Shown here: piece by piece, positions 25,083-37,450 of the stretch
Position numbering within the stretch: position 1 is the first letter of the stretch
Layout: each line of letters starts with the position of its first letter
DNA from: Eutreptiella sp. 'Long Island Sound 2002'
Lineage: Eukaryota; Protista; Euglenida
Direction: 5' to 3'
DNA: 64,000 bases
Assembly: GCA_964036045.1 (NCBI GenBank)
Contig: OZ038378.1
Location: 183,334,001-183,398,000, forward strand
Made by a program: the position numbers and the translations under genes
Notes under the pieces: model-generated
The model's database searches: none
The model's input: only the letters and a program-made list of their open reading frames with translations
What the model was told of the DNA's origin: nothing

Positions 25083-26796
25083 GTCACCGAGCTGGTGGAA
25101 CGAGTCTTGGGTTTTTAACCCTCTTTAGTGTCTAGGGTGGACCTAACAGATTTGGCAAGCAAGCGGCAAGCAAGCACCAAGCAACAAGCAAGCAAGCACG
25201 CGCAAAATGGGGGAAAATTACAGCTCCCTCGTGGTGCTTCAGATTCGGCCAAAACTTTGGTGGATGCTACCCATGGGTGTGAGGGACAACCACACAAAGT
25301 ATGAGCCAGAAACTCAACGGTGGCGGCCGGGAACAGGTGTCGCAAGTGGCGGACCTCCATTTCAAAATCTGCAATTTAGGCCCAAAATCCGCCTTTTTTT
25401 TTGCCCAAAACCGCCCTAGAGCCTGATGAAAACGGCCAAATGAAGGGAAACAATGGCTACTCTACACATGCAACTAGACTTCCCCGAGCTGGAGGGCCCT
25501 CTAGGGCCCTCTAACTCCACAATATGTCCGCGAACCACCCCCAAAAGACCCCGAAAAGCCCCAGAATTCGTGTACATTGGCCGCCCACAACCGCAAACCA
25601 AAAATAGACCATATCTTGGGCTACGTGGCTCAAACGTGTTTTCAAGCGCACCTAATCCACCCGCAACCACCCACTTTTGGTGGTTTCCACCCCTCAAAAT
25701 TGCCCTAACCGGCGCCTAGACCCCCGTACCTAGGCCCAATGGGCCGCAGCAAGCTGCAAGAGGTGGCCCAAAGAGGTGGGTGCCAAAATGGGTCAACAAC
25801 GTCCACCGGGTGCAAAAAAAATCTTTTTTTTCCAAAAAAAAATGATCTTGGACCACATGGAATGCCAAAACAAGTGTTTTTGGCGCGTTTTGAGCTCGCA
25901 GTGGCCTGTTTTGGCCACTCCGAAAGTCCCAAATTGCCTTGAAAATGGGCTGTTTTGGGACAAAAAATCAGTCAAAAATGGGTCAAAAAATGTGTTTTTC
26001 CAAAAATGATCCTAGACCATTTGGGGTGCCTAAACAAGTGAAATGAACCCATTTTGAGCCCATTGCAAGCCATTTTGGCCACTCCACGGTCACAAAATGC
26101 CTTGAAAATGGGCTGTTTTGGGACAAAAAATCAGTCAAAAATGGGCCAAAAATGTGTTTTTCCAAAAATGATCCTAGACCATTTGGGGTGCCTAAACAAA
26201 TGAAATGAGGCCTTTCTGAGCCCAGCAAGCCATTTTGGCCACTCCAAACTCACAAAATGCCTTGAAAATGGGCTGTTTTGCAACCAAAAATGGGTCAAAA
26301 ATGTGTTTCTACAAAAATGCTCCTCGACGATTTGGGGTGCACAAAAAAGTGGAATGAGCCCTTTTTGAGCCCATTGCCAGCCATTTTGGCCACTCCAGAG
26401 TCCCAAAATGCCTTGAAAATGGGCTATTTTGGGACAAAAAATCAGTCAAAAATGGATCAAAAATATGTTTTTCCAAAGATACTTTTGGACTATTTGGGGT
26501 GCACAAACAAGTGGAATGAGCCCATTTTGAGCCCATGTGGAGCAACTTTGGCCCCTCTCAAAGTGAAAATTCCCGAAAGGGCCTTGAAAATGGGCCAATT
26601 TGGGACCACAAATGGCTCAAAAACGGGTCAAAACCATGGTTTTCCAAAATGATCTTGGTCCAGCTGTGGTTCCCACACGGATGAATACAGCTCATTTTGA
26701 GCCCCTTTTGAGATGTTCTCATCCACTTTCTAGTGTGTACCTCATTTGTCGTTGAAATCTCCCAGAGGATGTTCCTTCCCCCACCAGCTCGGTCCC
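25083..26796. mobile_element. About 1.7-kb inverted-repeat-bounded element containing a satellite array
   Basis: ACCGAGCTGGTGG (25086-25098) is the exact reverse complement of 26781-26793. Both sides carry a similar TATTCAA...TTAGGGTTA flank. Confidence 0.55.
25900..26700. repeat. Tandem repeat with 150-170-bp unit, about 5 copies
   Basis: TTGAAAATGGGC recurs at 25939, 26102, 26262, 26413 and 26584, with a conserved unit body. Confidence 0.9.
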
Positions 26797-27569
26797 AATA
26801 TTCAATCCTAGTTAGGGTTACATAGAATATAAACATGTGGGGCAAGTCCGTGAAATCACCCCACCAACCAAGTGTGAAAAAAATTTCCAGTGCCACTAGC
26901 ACCCCGATTCCAGCACCACTATCTCTCAAAACCTGGGGGGCGGCGGCGGGTCGCCAACAAGGACCGGCAAAGCCGCCCACCCCGCCCCCTACCCTGGGGC
27001 CATGTACTCGGAATGCCACATGGAAAATTGCATTGGAGATCCCTCCGCCTACCCTTCCGTGTTGTTTAGAGCCATCGGTGTGCTAGCGGTCTATGTTTGG
27101 TTGTAGAACATGGTAAAAGCAGGGTTATGCATGGATCTTGGATTGATAGGATTCAAGAATGGCCCAGGATATCGAAATCTAGACAACCTTTATGGAATCT
27201 AGGAAACCCAAGAAATTTGGACTTAGCATCCGGTTAAGGACTCCTTTTAGAGTGTAACACGCCTTGGTCACGTTTAAATATTGAGCCAAATGTGGACCGA
27301 GAGAGAAAATCAGGACAAAAAAATACTGAACAACAACCATACGCTGAAAAATCTAGCCACGAACGAAAATCAGTGTGGGAAGCATTTGTTAAAGAAAAAT
27401 CATGCACACAGGAGTGGGGGACCCCAGGCACAATGCGGCTGGCAGATTGGCAGTGTAGGGCTATCAAAGCACATTGAGATCTGTAACAGCTAGACACCCA
27501 AATGCCGCTTGCAGTGCTATATATAACAGGAGAAAATTCCCCAAGATTCTTCTCTCTATGCCCTACTAA

Positions 27570-28083
27570 CGCCCCCCCCCCCCCCCCACATTTAGCCCCA
27601 CCCCCCAAATTTAGCCCCCCCCCCCTATTTAGTCCCCCTTGGCCCTATTTAGCAATCTGCTGAAATCAGCCCCCTCTTGAGCCTCCCAAGCAAACAGGAA
27701 TTGAAAAAATCGACGGTACACTTTTCAGAGCTGCAAGCGTCACTTGAAGAAAGGAGTCCATCTCAATTGCTTTTTTGTGTTGGAAACACTAGCAGAGGTA
27801 TGGGCCACAGCTGCAGAACAGGCTGCATTAGCTCCATCACCCCCTGTTACACAGACATCGTCAAAATGTTCCTCTGGATCAAACTTATAGTCAGGCAGAG
27901 AATCTGAATGTTCCATGCAGCCAACAGAATGGAAAACTGCACAAACGGGAAGATCACAGGTGACACGCACCCGCCTAAAATTAGTCCCCCCCCCAATTAG
28001 CCCCCCCCCCCCCCCCTCCCCAACCTCATTGAGCATTCTGCTGAAATTAGTCCCCTAGAGGACTAATTATGGGGGGGAGGGTA
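27570..28083. mobile_element. Probable MITE-like element with reiterated (A/T)TTAG(C/T)CCCC subterminal motifs
   Basis: At least 6 copies of the motif cluster at both ends. There is a perfect 9-bp hairpin AATTAGTCC/GGACTAATT at 28045-28068 and a G-rich right end followed by TA. The left terminus is imprecise. Confidence 0.45.
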
Positions 28084-28533
28084 TTGTGCCCAGGCAGCAG
28101 CAGCAACCTTGCTCCAAGACAAACTGCGCATAGTGCCATCCTAGAAGGCCCTCTACTTGTCCGGCAAATAGTTGTGCATAGCCTCCGAATGCAAAGGTTG
28201 AATGCTGCTGGCACAACCGCGTTCTACAATAGTAGCAACATCAGTGCTCTGCTTCATGCTGATGCTAGAGTACTGGTGTTCACAGCGTTGCACCCCCCCC
28301 CTTTCGGGTAAAAAAAATCCGCTGATTCGGGCTCAACGTTTCGGGCTGAAGTATGTTGGCATAAATCAGGGCAGGTGCTGCATTTCGGTTTCAAAAACTC
28401 GGTCCTAGGCCCCCAACACACGTTCCATTTGGTTGTGTTGTTAGAGTCATGTGGAATCACAATATTTCCGTCCATTTCTAAAAAAAAATTCTTCATCGGT
28501 CAGCTTGCATGCGGTCTTTGCACCATAAACAGC

Positions 28534-28609
28534 GGGGAAAGCAATTGCTCCAGTGGTATATGCACTAGACTTCTGTTTAGAAAGTCCCGGATTCAAGCCT
28601 TGCTTCCCA
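28534..28609 (+). pseudogene. tRNA-Arg-like degenerate sequence (tRNA pseudogene or SINE head)
   Basis: Acceptor-like arms GGGAA(A)GC/GCTTCCC, A-box-like TTGCTCCAGTGG, anticodon arm CTAGA-CTTCTGT-TTAG, and T-arm-like CCGGATTCAAGCCTTG. Mismatches in the D and T stems argue against function. Confidence 0.45.
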
Positions 28610-29889
28610 CACACCGGAAATTTTTTCATTTTTGCTACAGATTTCAACCTGCCGGGACAAACGCACACACAAAATGCAAGGAAACATTGCTAGTCTTCCA
28701 ACTTGTGATCTCCACGCTCTTCACACCACGTGTCATGAGGGCAAAGGCATGCAAATGCACACACAAATTCCACACAAACATGGGAACATGGGTGATGATT
28801 GTAACTACAGTGCCCAACTTGGAATGCGCATGTTGACATCACCGTTGACCATAGCAAGGTACCGCACACACAATGTACACAACAGAGACCCTGTTGGCTT
28901 TTCCGCATGTTGTTCCTGAAACCGGACCTGTTGAGTTGCGTCAAGGTCATCGGTTGAAGTCAATGTTGACCCCTTGCTGCCACAAACTGAGCACTGTGTC
29001 ATGAGACTTGTCTGTTAACGGAAATGGAACACCTTCAGCAAATGGTGTTTTTTATCACCACTATCAGGAATCCACTGATTCAGGCTAATGTTTCGGGCTG
29101 ATTCGGGGAAAGCGGGTCCCCGAAACGGGGGGATCAATGGTCGGTTCCGATAGACTGAATGTCCCCGCCATAGACAATTCCAGCCATTAGTCCAGCAGTA
29201 CTGCGAAGTCCAATCAATGCACGTGTCCCCTTCTTGGTTGGGGTGCTCCACTATGTAAAGTACAGTGAGGCGTTTTTTGCGGTTAGCTCTGTGGGTCACT
29301 TGAGTGCTTGTCCTTTCTGCCGACTCTAAAGAACAACCAGGATCAATAAAATAGCAGTCGTCCATAAGGTGTGGACTGCATTCATTGTACTACTTGCAAA
29401 CTGACTGGGCTGCATAGCATGGCACTCATTCGGCCTGTCCCCTTCAGTTGCTGTTTAGTTTCAAACAGAGCAGGGAGAAACATACAATAGGAGGAGAGGA
29501 GGGTGTGAGGGTGGTAAACTGGCGTGGAAACCACAGCGCCAGCGGATACAAAGCAGTTAGTCACGACTGCCTTCTGTGGAGCACGTGCGAGAGCTGAGCT
29601 GGCTTGCACTGTCAGTGTTTTCTGCACTCCATGAATCAGTGTCACAGTGACTGATGTCAGATGTTGTCGAGAGAGCGTCAGCCATGAGCGTAAGGTTGAG
29701 TGTAGTGAGGACCGCCTGTCCTTCAATGGAGTGAATGAGCGGAGGTGATGCCTGTGCGCCAAAATTAAGACGTTTCACTGGAAGTGGAGAGCTGTCTAGT
29801 GTAAGTAGCTTAGGCTTTTTTGGGGCACGCGGTGTGCCAGCCACAGAGAGCAGCAGGGATGGGGTGCGTGGGTGAGGGAACCGCGGGTG

Positions 29890-30140
29890 CAGTTGCCTGC
29901 CCTGGTCAGCCAGACGGTCCGCCTCGTTGTTACCTTCGATGGTCACGTGTGAAGGTATTTTGACCCAATGAACAGTGCGTGGATTCTCATCTAGTGCAGC
30001 CAGGAGCTGTTCCCACAGGGGGACGTGCCAGGTTTAAAGCATTGGCGTCCATGACATAGCGTGAGCACTTGTGCAACCGCGTCTGTACCATCTCATCTAC
30101 GCATCGCCCTGCATCACATGCTTGACAGCACATTGACTCA
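29890..30140 (-). pseudogene. RNase H C-terminal half remnant (retroelement-type)
   Basis: The minus strand reads SQCAVK..MRWYRRG..HVPLWEQLLAAL...VHWVKIPSHVTIEGNNEADRLADQG, matching the RNase HI motifs LW..L, H..GNE.AD.LA..G. Confidence 0.8.
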
Positions 30141-30304
30141 TGCACGCGGTGTTAAGCCATGTGTTTGGCGAACCCCGGGTTCCTGCGATTGATCCCGTCG
30201 ATGGGCAAGCGGGATCCAGACCAAGAGGCGCCTCCATGTTACAACGCGGGACCATTGCAGATCTGGCCTCTGTTCTAACCTCCGCACCATCACCGAAAGT
30301 GCAG

Positions 30305-31288
30305 CTCGCTCTCACAGTGATCAAGTGCTTTGAAGAGCAGGTCATCCTGATAACGGAGGACGAGTCGCGCAAGAACTCGACGCGGAAGCACTACGATAAG
30401 GCAGAGTTAGAGGCGCTGGGCTATGCATTTCGCTTCCTGTCGCAACTGCACAGCGACTTGGGGCACGAAGAGGAGGCGAACTTGTATGTGCAGAGATGCC
30501 GGGAGGTCCAGATCGCCTCCACTTTGCAAGGCCTTGCTGCAGCCCTTGGCCAGGGCCACGACAGTAGCCCGCACACCGCTGCACTGCGGGATCAGCTGCT
30601 CGCAGACCCGGAGGCGATGGCCCCGGTGCTGCTCCAGGCCTCCCAATTCCCGGTGCTGCTGCACGCGCTGGGCAGTGGGGGCCACAAGGTCGCCCACCAC
30701 GCGCTGCACGTGTTGTTGGTGGTCCTCGCACAGCCCCTGTGCCGGCCCCCGTACAAGCGGATGAGGGGCGTCCTGGCGGCGGTGAGTGCGCTGGTCACCG
30801 CCATCATCAAGGCCGACGTCTACGGGAACCCCGAGGCGAAGGTCCTCCGGGTGTCGGTGCTTGTGCTGCGCTACCTCGCGCATTGGGTTCCTTCCGCGTT
30901 CGATGAGCACGTGCCTCTGCTGCAGTTGGACCACTTCCTGAAGGCGCGCGCGGCCCCCACCTCCAGCCTGCTGGCGGTCTGGGCCCAGGTGTGGGCGGAC
31001 ATCCGGGCGAGTCTCGACCGGGACGCTGGAGCTGCCGCCGTGGAATCGCATTGCGCGACGCGCTCCCGGAGCAACACCCCTCCACCCGCTGCCGGTTCAG
31101 CACCCGCCACGCCCTCGGCCCTGCGGGTCCGAATGTTGCTCGCGGGCCTGGGGCGCACGCGGTCGGCGTCCCTGTTAACGGACACCTCCACGCTCGACTC
31201 GTCGGAGACGGACACTACGCTCACGTTTGCCTCCATCCCATCAGACGAGGAAGATGGGCCTGACGCCATGCTTTCCTGTGTGCCTTGA
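30305..31288 (+). CDS. Terminal exon of an alpha-helical (TPR/ARM-like) hypothetical protein
   Basis: Long ORF with strong GC3 codon bias, amphipathic helical segments and an S/T/D-rich tail. There is a probable acceptor gtgcag|30305. The ORF-track start at 30140 abuts the antisense RNase H remnant and is probably not the true start. Confidence 0.75.
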   Translation, partial: LALTVIKCFEEQVILITEDESRKNSTRKHYDKAELEALGYAFRFLSQLHSDLGHEEEANLYVQRCREVQIASTLQGLAAALGQGHDSSPHTAALRDQLLADPEAMAPVLLQASQFPVLLHALGSGGHKVAHHALHVLLVVLAQPLCRPPYKRMRGVLAAVSALVTAIIKADVYGNPEAKVLRVSVLVLRYLAHWVPSAFDEHVPLLQLDHFLKARAAPTSSLLAVWAQVWADIRASLDRDAGAAAVESHCATRSRSNTPPPAAGSAPATPSALRVRMLLAGLGRTRSASLLTDTSTLDSSETDTTLTFASIPSDEEDGPDAMLSCVP

Positions 31289-34200
31289 TGCGATTCACAG
31301 CACGCCATTGCTGAGTGGCGATGGAGTGCGGGTCAAAACAAGTTTGTGTACCTCAACACCGGCCTTCACTTTCGGGCTCTTTTTTAATAATTTCTTTTTT
31401 TTTTTGGTCTTGAGGAACACTTTTCTGATGTGGGTCGGTGGGTCGGCTGGGGTTTGCCAAGGCTCTACATGAGCCCCCTCCCCCAGGGGCCTTAAGCAAC
31501 GGCCTGACGACCAGTCCCGGCCTCAAGTCAGTGGTGTGACCCCGTCGCGATGGTTGTGCTCTGTTCGGTCCCTCGCCCGGTAAGAGTCCGCGTCTCCCCC
31601 TTTTCCCTTGGCCATGTTGCAGGCCCACTGCCGAGTGACAGACTCCCACGTGACCCCCCGGGGGGCGGGGCGGGGGGGTCAAGCCGCCCCTGCAGAGTGG
31701 GTTCGCCCAGAAACTCGGCCTCAGATCTTCGGGCTCCTTCATGCGTTTCGGTGTCTCCCTCCGGAAAGTGATGTCGATGTGCCGATGTGCCGATGATTGG
31801 CCCCCGAAGGGACCCCGCTGACCTGCAACATGACCCGTGAGGCCCCCCGCCCCCGGGGGAACGCGGGCGGCTGCCAGCGCCCCACAGCCCCGACAGGGGA
31901 CGGTGCACGAGGGACGGGTGAGGGCTGCGAAAGGGACGTTGCCTCAAGCCACAGCCTGAACACTGGGCCGAGCAGAGGGGGAGCTCGCGGAGCCATGAGG
32001 ACTGGCACGTGGGGCAGTGAAGACCGCGGTGCTGCAGGCGGGACCACTGACCAACCCCCCCCCCCCTCCCAGTTTTACTCCCCCCCTTCAGGGGTGTGTT
32101 GGAACGGCTGACAACGAGAGGAGGAGGGGTGTACCCCCCCCTGGACCCAGATTTCACCGTGGGAAACAACGAAGCCAACAAAAGGAAATATTGGTTTGGG
32201 CTATTTTTGGTACACAAGCTCTTCGGTTCCAGACCCCCTCCTCTATTCTAATACATCCCTGCCCCCCCCCCCCCCCCCACCCACCCCCTCAACCCGGGAG
32301 GGCCTGGGTCACCGATTTCTTGGATCCTGAGAGGTACGATCTACAGCAGGTTCTCAGGCACACACATTAATTTCGCCGCTGTGCTTATCTGCCAGCAACT
32401 TGATGTACATACGATAGTGGAGCACCCCAAGCGAGAAGGGGACACATAAATGATGTGCAAGAACCACTGGACTAGTGTCTAAGGCGGGGACATTCAGTCG
32501 ATCGATACCGACCATTGATCCCCCGGGAGGGCCTGCAGGACCCTATACCCCAATCCCTACCGTATGTAGACTGCCTGGATGGCCGAGTCCCTGTACACGT
32601 CAGGCCCGGCGGCTGTCTCGGAGGCTGCGGCACGCCCCGATGCTGCATACCACACAGCAGTGCAGCACCGGCCAGGCCGCACCGGCACAGCCCCATGCAG
32701 ACTGGGGCGTGCCGTGACCTGTTCCTCCGGGGCCCCCTCAGCGCGCATCACCAAACGTGCCTGTGCTCTCCACGCCCTCTTCCCCCACCGCCCACCCTCC
32801 GCCGCCATCCCAATGGGATGTCGGTACTGCTGAGGCGTCCTGTACTCGCGTCCCGGACCGATCCGGAGAACTGACACGCTGGCCCTCGCAGACACACGCT
32901 GCACGCTCCTGTACACGACACAGACAGCCACAGACCATGCGGCACCGCCACGTCCTCACCGCCAGCGGGATCTGGTCCGATGAAGGTCCACAGCAGCCGC
33001 GCCACAGCCCCTGTCTGGCCACCCGTCCAGCCGGGGAGCTCGTGGTCCAGGAGTTCGTGACGGTTGCCCCCCCCAAAACGGGCGGGGGGGGGGGGCGGTC
33101 ATGAAGTGACGGTCCCCTCCCCCCCCCGGGGGGGGGGCGGCAGATTGCACCACACGATGGTAGCACTAAAACTGCAGCTGTTCCAGTATAACCTCAAGAA
33201 GCATTTGCTTCGGCGCCTTTGGAGCCTAGTATTTCCTCTGCTTTTTGGGCCAAGCGACGGTCTCCCCCCCCCCCCCGGGGGGGGGCGAGATTTCAAAGGG
33301 GGGGGGGGGTACAACAGAACAGCGTTTGGGTTTATCCAGACGCGAGGGTCCCCACCCCCGGCCCGCCCCATGACGCTGAGGCACACAGTCATCCTGCTGG
33401 CGCTCCTCCGGGGCCTAACCAAGTTCGCTTCGTGCCTGTATGTGCAGCCTGCCACCCCCCTCCCCTGTGCCAGCGCCCCCCTCCCTGTAACCCGCGGTCC
33501 CTCTCCCAGGGGCGCATGATGAGGTTCTACCGTATTGCCGGAGGTGCCCCCGGCGGGCTTCGCAGCGTCAGCCGGCGGTGTCAGCGTGCACTGCCCTTGC
33601 GGAGAGTGCCCCTCTCGTTCCCCTTCCTCCTGTACAGATCTTCAGCAGTCGGGGGACACACATTCTGACCACACCCTCCACACCCCTGAGTCCGCACTTG
33701 ATGCGGCTTCTCCCAAACCGTGCCACGGCGTGATACCCGACGGCGTTGTAGCGCCACGGGCTGTTTGTGCTGCCCCGGCCGCGTGCCGTTGCGCCCAGAC
33801 AATGCGGCCGCAGACCAGCGTCGCGCGCGCCACGGGGCGGGCTACAGCAGGCCGCCGGGCACTCCTGGCACCCTGCGCGCCGGGCCGCGCGACGGCACCG
33901 GCGGAGCGGGGGCACGGGGCAGTCCGTCTGCGGGAGAGCAAACTCGCTGGCCTCGTGGCTGTGGCCCCCACGGCAGGACAGGGTACCGGACGCTTCAGTG
34001 GCCTGGCGCCCATGGCCTGCGGCTGTTCATATTTCCCCGAAAGCCCAAGCGAGGGCGCAGAGGGACCGCTCGTCGACACCACACAAAAGGGCATCACGGC
34101 CCAGCACACGCGGCGGCACCGGGCGGGGGGGGGCGGGCGCGGGCGACCCCTAATAAGTCAGTGTCATCCGTCCATCGTCCATCGCGAAGGCAGTGGCTCC

Positions 34201-35949
34201 AGCCCTCAGGCCCTGCGCGCCTGAAGAGGCCACCGAGCGCGTGGACGGGTATCTGGCCGCAAGGGCCCCAACCCGTGCCCCCACCCTGGGACACAGTCTG
34301 GCTGAACGAGTGCCAGCGCAGGCGAGGGGGCCGTAGGGCCCATCGGGAAGGCGGTGTGTGTTTCTTGCGGCGCTGCACTGTACACCGGTACGCGCTGCAC
34401 AGCGCCCGACCAGCCTTCATGGCATGCCTCCCCCGCCCGCCCGGCCGTCCCTCAGCAACGCCAACAACGCACAGGGGTACGGTCACCGAACTGGGGATCC
34501 CAGACTTGACATGCGACCCGTTTGCACTGAGCCCCCGTCCCCCTTCGGTGCCCTTGCCCTTCCACTTCCTCCTCATGCCCGTTGCCCGTTTTGCGAGGTC
34601 GCACTGTACTGCCCCCTGCATCCCTTTCCTCGCTGGCTCGTTGGCCTCCAATTCCGCCACTTCTGCCGCCCCGCAAAAGAGGGGCCTGACCTTGTACTTT
34701 GCACTCCTTCGGTGCCACGCGAGTCGTTGCCATTCCGCCTCAAGTGCGATGCCTGTGACCCCCATTCCTCTCTGTACGAGAGGCCCCCGGAGGGCCCTTG
34801 GCAGCCGCGTGGATCCTGCGCCGTGCAGAGTCGCGCCTGGCGCGGCCCTGCACACGCCCACGCGCGGGGCGGTGTGCAATGCCCCGCGCGCCACGCAGTC
34901 CTGTGGCCCGCCAGCACCCGGTGTGGCCGTCGACAGGGACGACCGGCGGGGCACGGCAATGATGTGTGTCGAAGGAACGGGGGAATTGTTGCTGCCATCC
35001 CTCCCCCCCTCCCTCCCTTTGACACTCCCGCGATGCGTCGACAAGGCGGTCGCGTGCACACAGACCTCTACATCAACACCTGGTAAAGCCCTGCCTCTTG
35101 TGTGATTTTGGATCCCACGCCATCTGAGGAGCAGTCCCATCGGCACAGATGCCCTCTCCCCAGAAGCAGCGGAGTGAGGGACCGCCACAAGGTCGATGGC
35201 CGAGACAAGGGATTGGGCCAGAGGGGGAGGCGTGTGGATCGACTTTGTCGCCCAAAAGTTGCTGGTGTATGGGCAGACTCTTCCCTATGGGTCAGCACTG
35301 GCTCGGCCACGTCCTGGCCTTCCCCGTGCCCTTCCCCGTCTTCTTCGGGTGTCACTTCCATTGAAAAGATGCCACAGAGTTTCATCGCCCGAAAGCGGGT
35401 TGTTGCGCGCTGACAGTGTAATGAAATAGCGCTGACAGTGTAATGAAGTAGCGCTGACAGTGCGCAAAGTGTGCCGCTGAGTATTTTGTGTTTTGTGCTA
35501 GTCTTGCCACCCCTCATGTACCCCCGCCCTCGGGGGTGGGGGGGTTAGTGCTTCCAGCGCTCGTTCTCTGTATATAGCCACGTATGTTATGCGCCGTGAT
35601 ACGCGTTGGGATGTAATATGGCAGCCCTCCACTGCTGTCCTGGCAGCAGGCTGGGTCTGAGCGTTGCTGAAAGTCTTGACCCCACGTGGAGCAGCACACC
35701 TTTACTTTTTCCGCTTTATTACCTGAGGACAGCTGCGCCCCACTCCCCCCAAAAATTGCCACACACCAGCCAGCCTTTATCCCCCCCCCCCCTGCCCCAC
35801 CCTCTGTCCAAAACCAGGTAGGGTAGTAGACCAGTTGTGACCAGTGAGACAGAGGGGGAGTCGCCAATGCGGTGTGCGTGCGGTGCATACATTGGGGTTG
35901 TGCCAAGACAAGAACACAACCAGTTGAGAGTTTCCATGCACGTGCAGAA

Positions 35950-37450
35950 TATGTGCATTGGATCCGTGATCATTAGGGTGCATGTTCTGAGTGAACCATG
36001 TCTGCAACTCCACAATAGGCACCCCCAAATATGGTATTTGAAGCTTTGAGGTTCCTAATTGGCCTATTGTGCCTATTGCCCGTAACCCCAGCAGTCCACA
36101 TGATCCACCTTTGATTGCTGTTTTCCCTACATGCCTATTGCATTTCATACAGTCACACCATTTTTCACCGTTTTTAGCAATCTCAATGCCATGGATGCCC
36201 AAGGGCTTGAGTCTCACATACAGTCGGCCACAGCCAAAGTCATTGCCCCTTCTCTTCCCTTGTGTGGGAAGCTTGCAGCAATCGGGTACTCCGTTGAAGG
36301 CCACCTGGCGCGGCATCAAAATGTGCCATTGGTCTTTGTTGATGACAATTGTTGAGGAATTACCATAAGCCAGGAGGAATTAGCAGCAAGCCTCTCGGAA
36401 TGAACAACAACCCTTGGGACCCCCTACTCACTCAAAATTGCCCAGGATAATGTCAGCATACTTTAGAGACCTCCAAGGGACACCATTTTGAGGGCTTCTA
36501 AGGGGAGACCATTGGCCCTGGTATTAGTCCAAGAGCGGACGCAGTGCGCGCGCGGTGCCTGCACGGTGAGGATACTCTCCCAAACATTCGACTCTCACCC
36601 ACAACCCCCGCCCCCCAAACGCAATGCACATGCAACAAATTGTGTGAACACCGGGTGCGTGCCAGCTCTGGGCACACCGTGAAATCACCTCCGAGTGGAT
36701 TCATCCCAATCATCCTGGTCAAGCTCATTGAAATGAGGTTAGTCTGCCTGCACCTGATTTTCCTCTCTGCTTGGAGAGCACCTCGTCCACTTCCGCTGTG
36801 GCGTTTAGGGGAGAGTTGAGGGCTGGTGGCCATCGCGTGCTGTTTGGACGCGGTAATGTTTGCCCAGGGGCAGGAGCGGAGGGGGGGGGGTGCAGCGACC
36901 TGTGAATTGTGTTATTGACAAACTAGTGAAGAAGGTCAAGTCCGAGAGCTTGCCTCTGCCACTGGTCGTCCTGCCTCCTCCGAGAAGTGCGCCTTGTAGA
37001 ATCTGTGCTGCAGGCAGGACTGTGACACCAGAGAGTAGCACGATCAGAGACCAAGTGCAGTTTTACGAATCGATTTGGAGTACGTCAACCACCGGCCCCA
37101 AGTACAAAAGCCGAGGCTACAGGCCCTCTTTGCTTTTCAACCAAGTGCTGCCTCCGTCGCCGTTTAGGGGGAGCACCTGACGCTGCGCGCGTGCACCACG
37201 GCGATTTAGCCACCTGGCCAGACCAAGCACCAGTGGTCTAGCCGTTACCCAAGCCGGACAAGCTGCAGTTCGCTCCACTAGCAGGGCAAGGTGAACACAA
37301 GAAGGAGGACTTGCGGGATCCCTCGCCAACCGTGCAGTTCGGAGATGTTGAAAGTCCTCTTGTCCACCAAACCAGATCTTGATTAAATTGCCCTCCTGGG
37401 GTGGGAAGGAGGGGTGTCCACACAAGTGTTGTGGCCAATGGATTTGCTCT
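35950..37450 (-). mobile_element. Possible decayed non-LTR retrotransposon (APE/RT traces)
   Basis: Degenerate motifs fall in the expected order on the minus strand: GGQFNQDL, TYSK(I)D, LNSPL..EVDEVLSKQRGKSG, a GVPQG-like motif and QIPYLGVPI. Spacings are irregular. Confidence 0.35.

Noticed and set aside
33535-35188. Several 230-460-aa overlapping ORFs in a GC-rich block
   Set aside because: They are open on both strands and in multiple frames, are Arg/Pro/Ala/Gly-rich and show no domain motifs. This is expected from high GC content and is probably repeat-derived.
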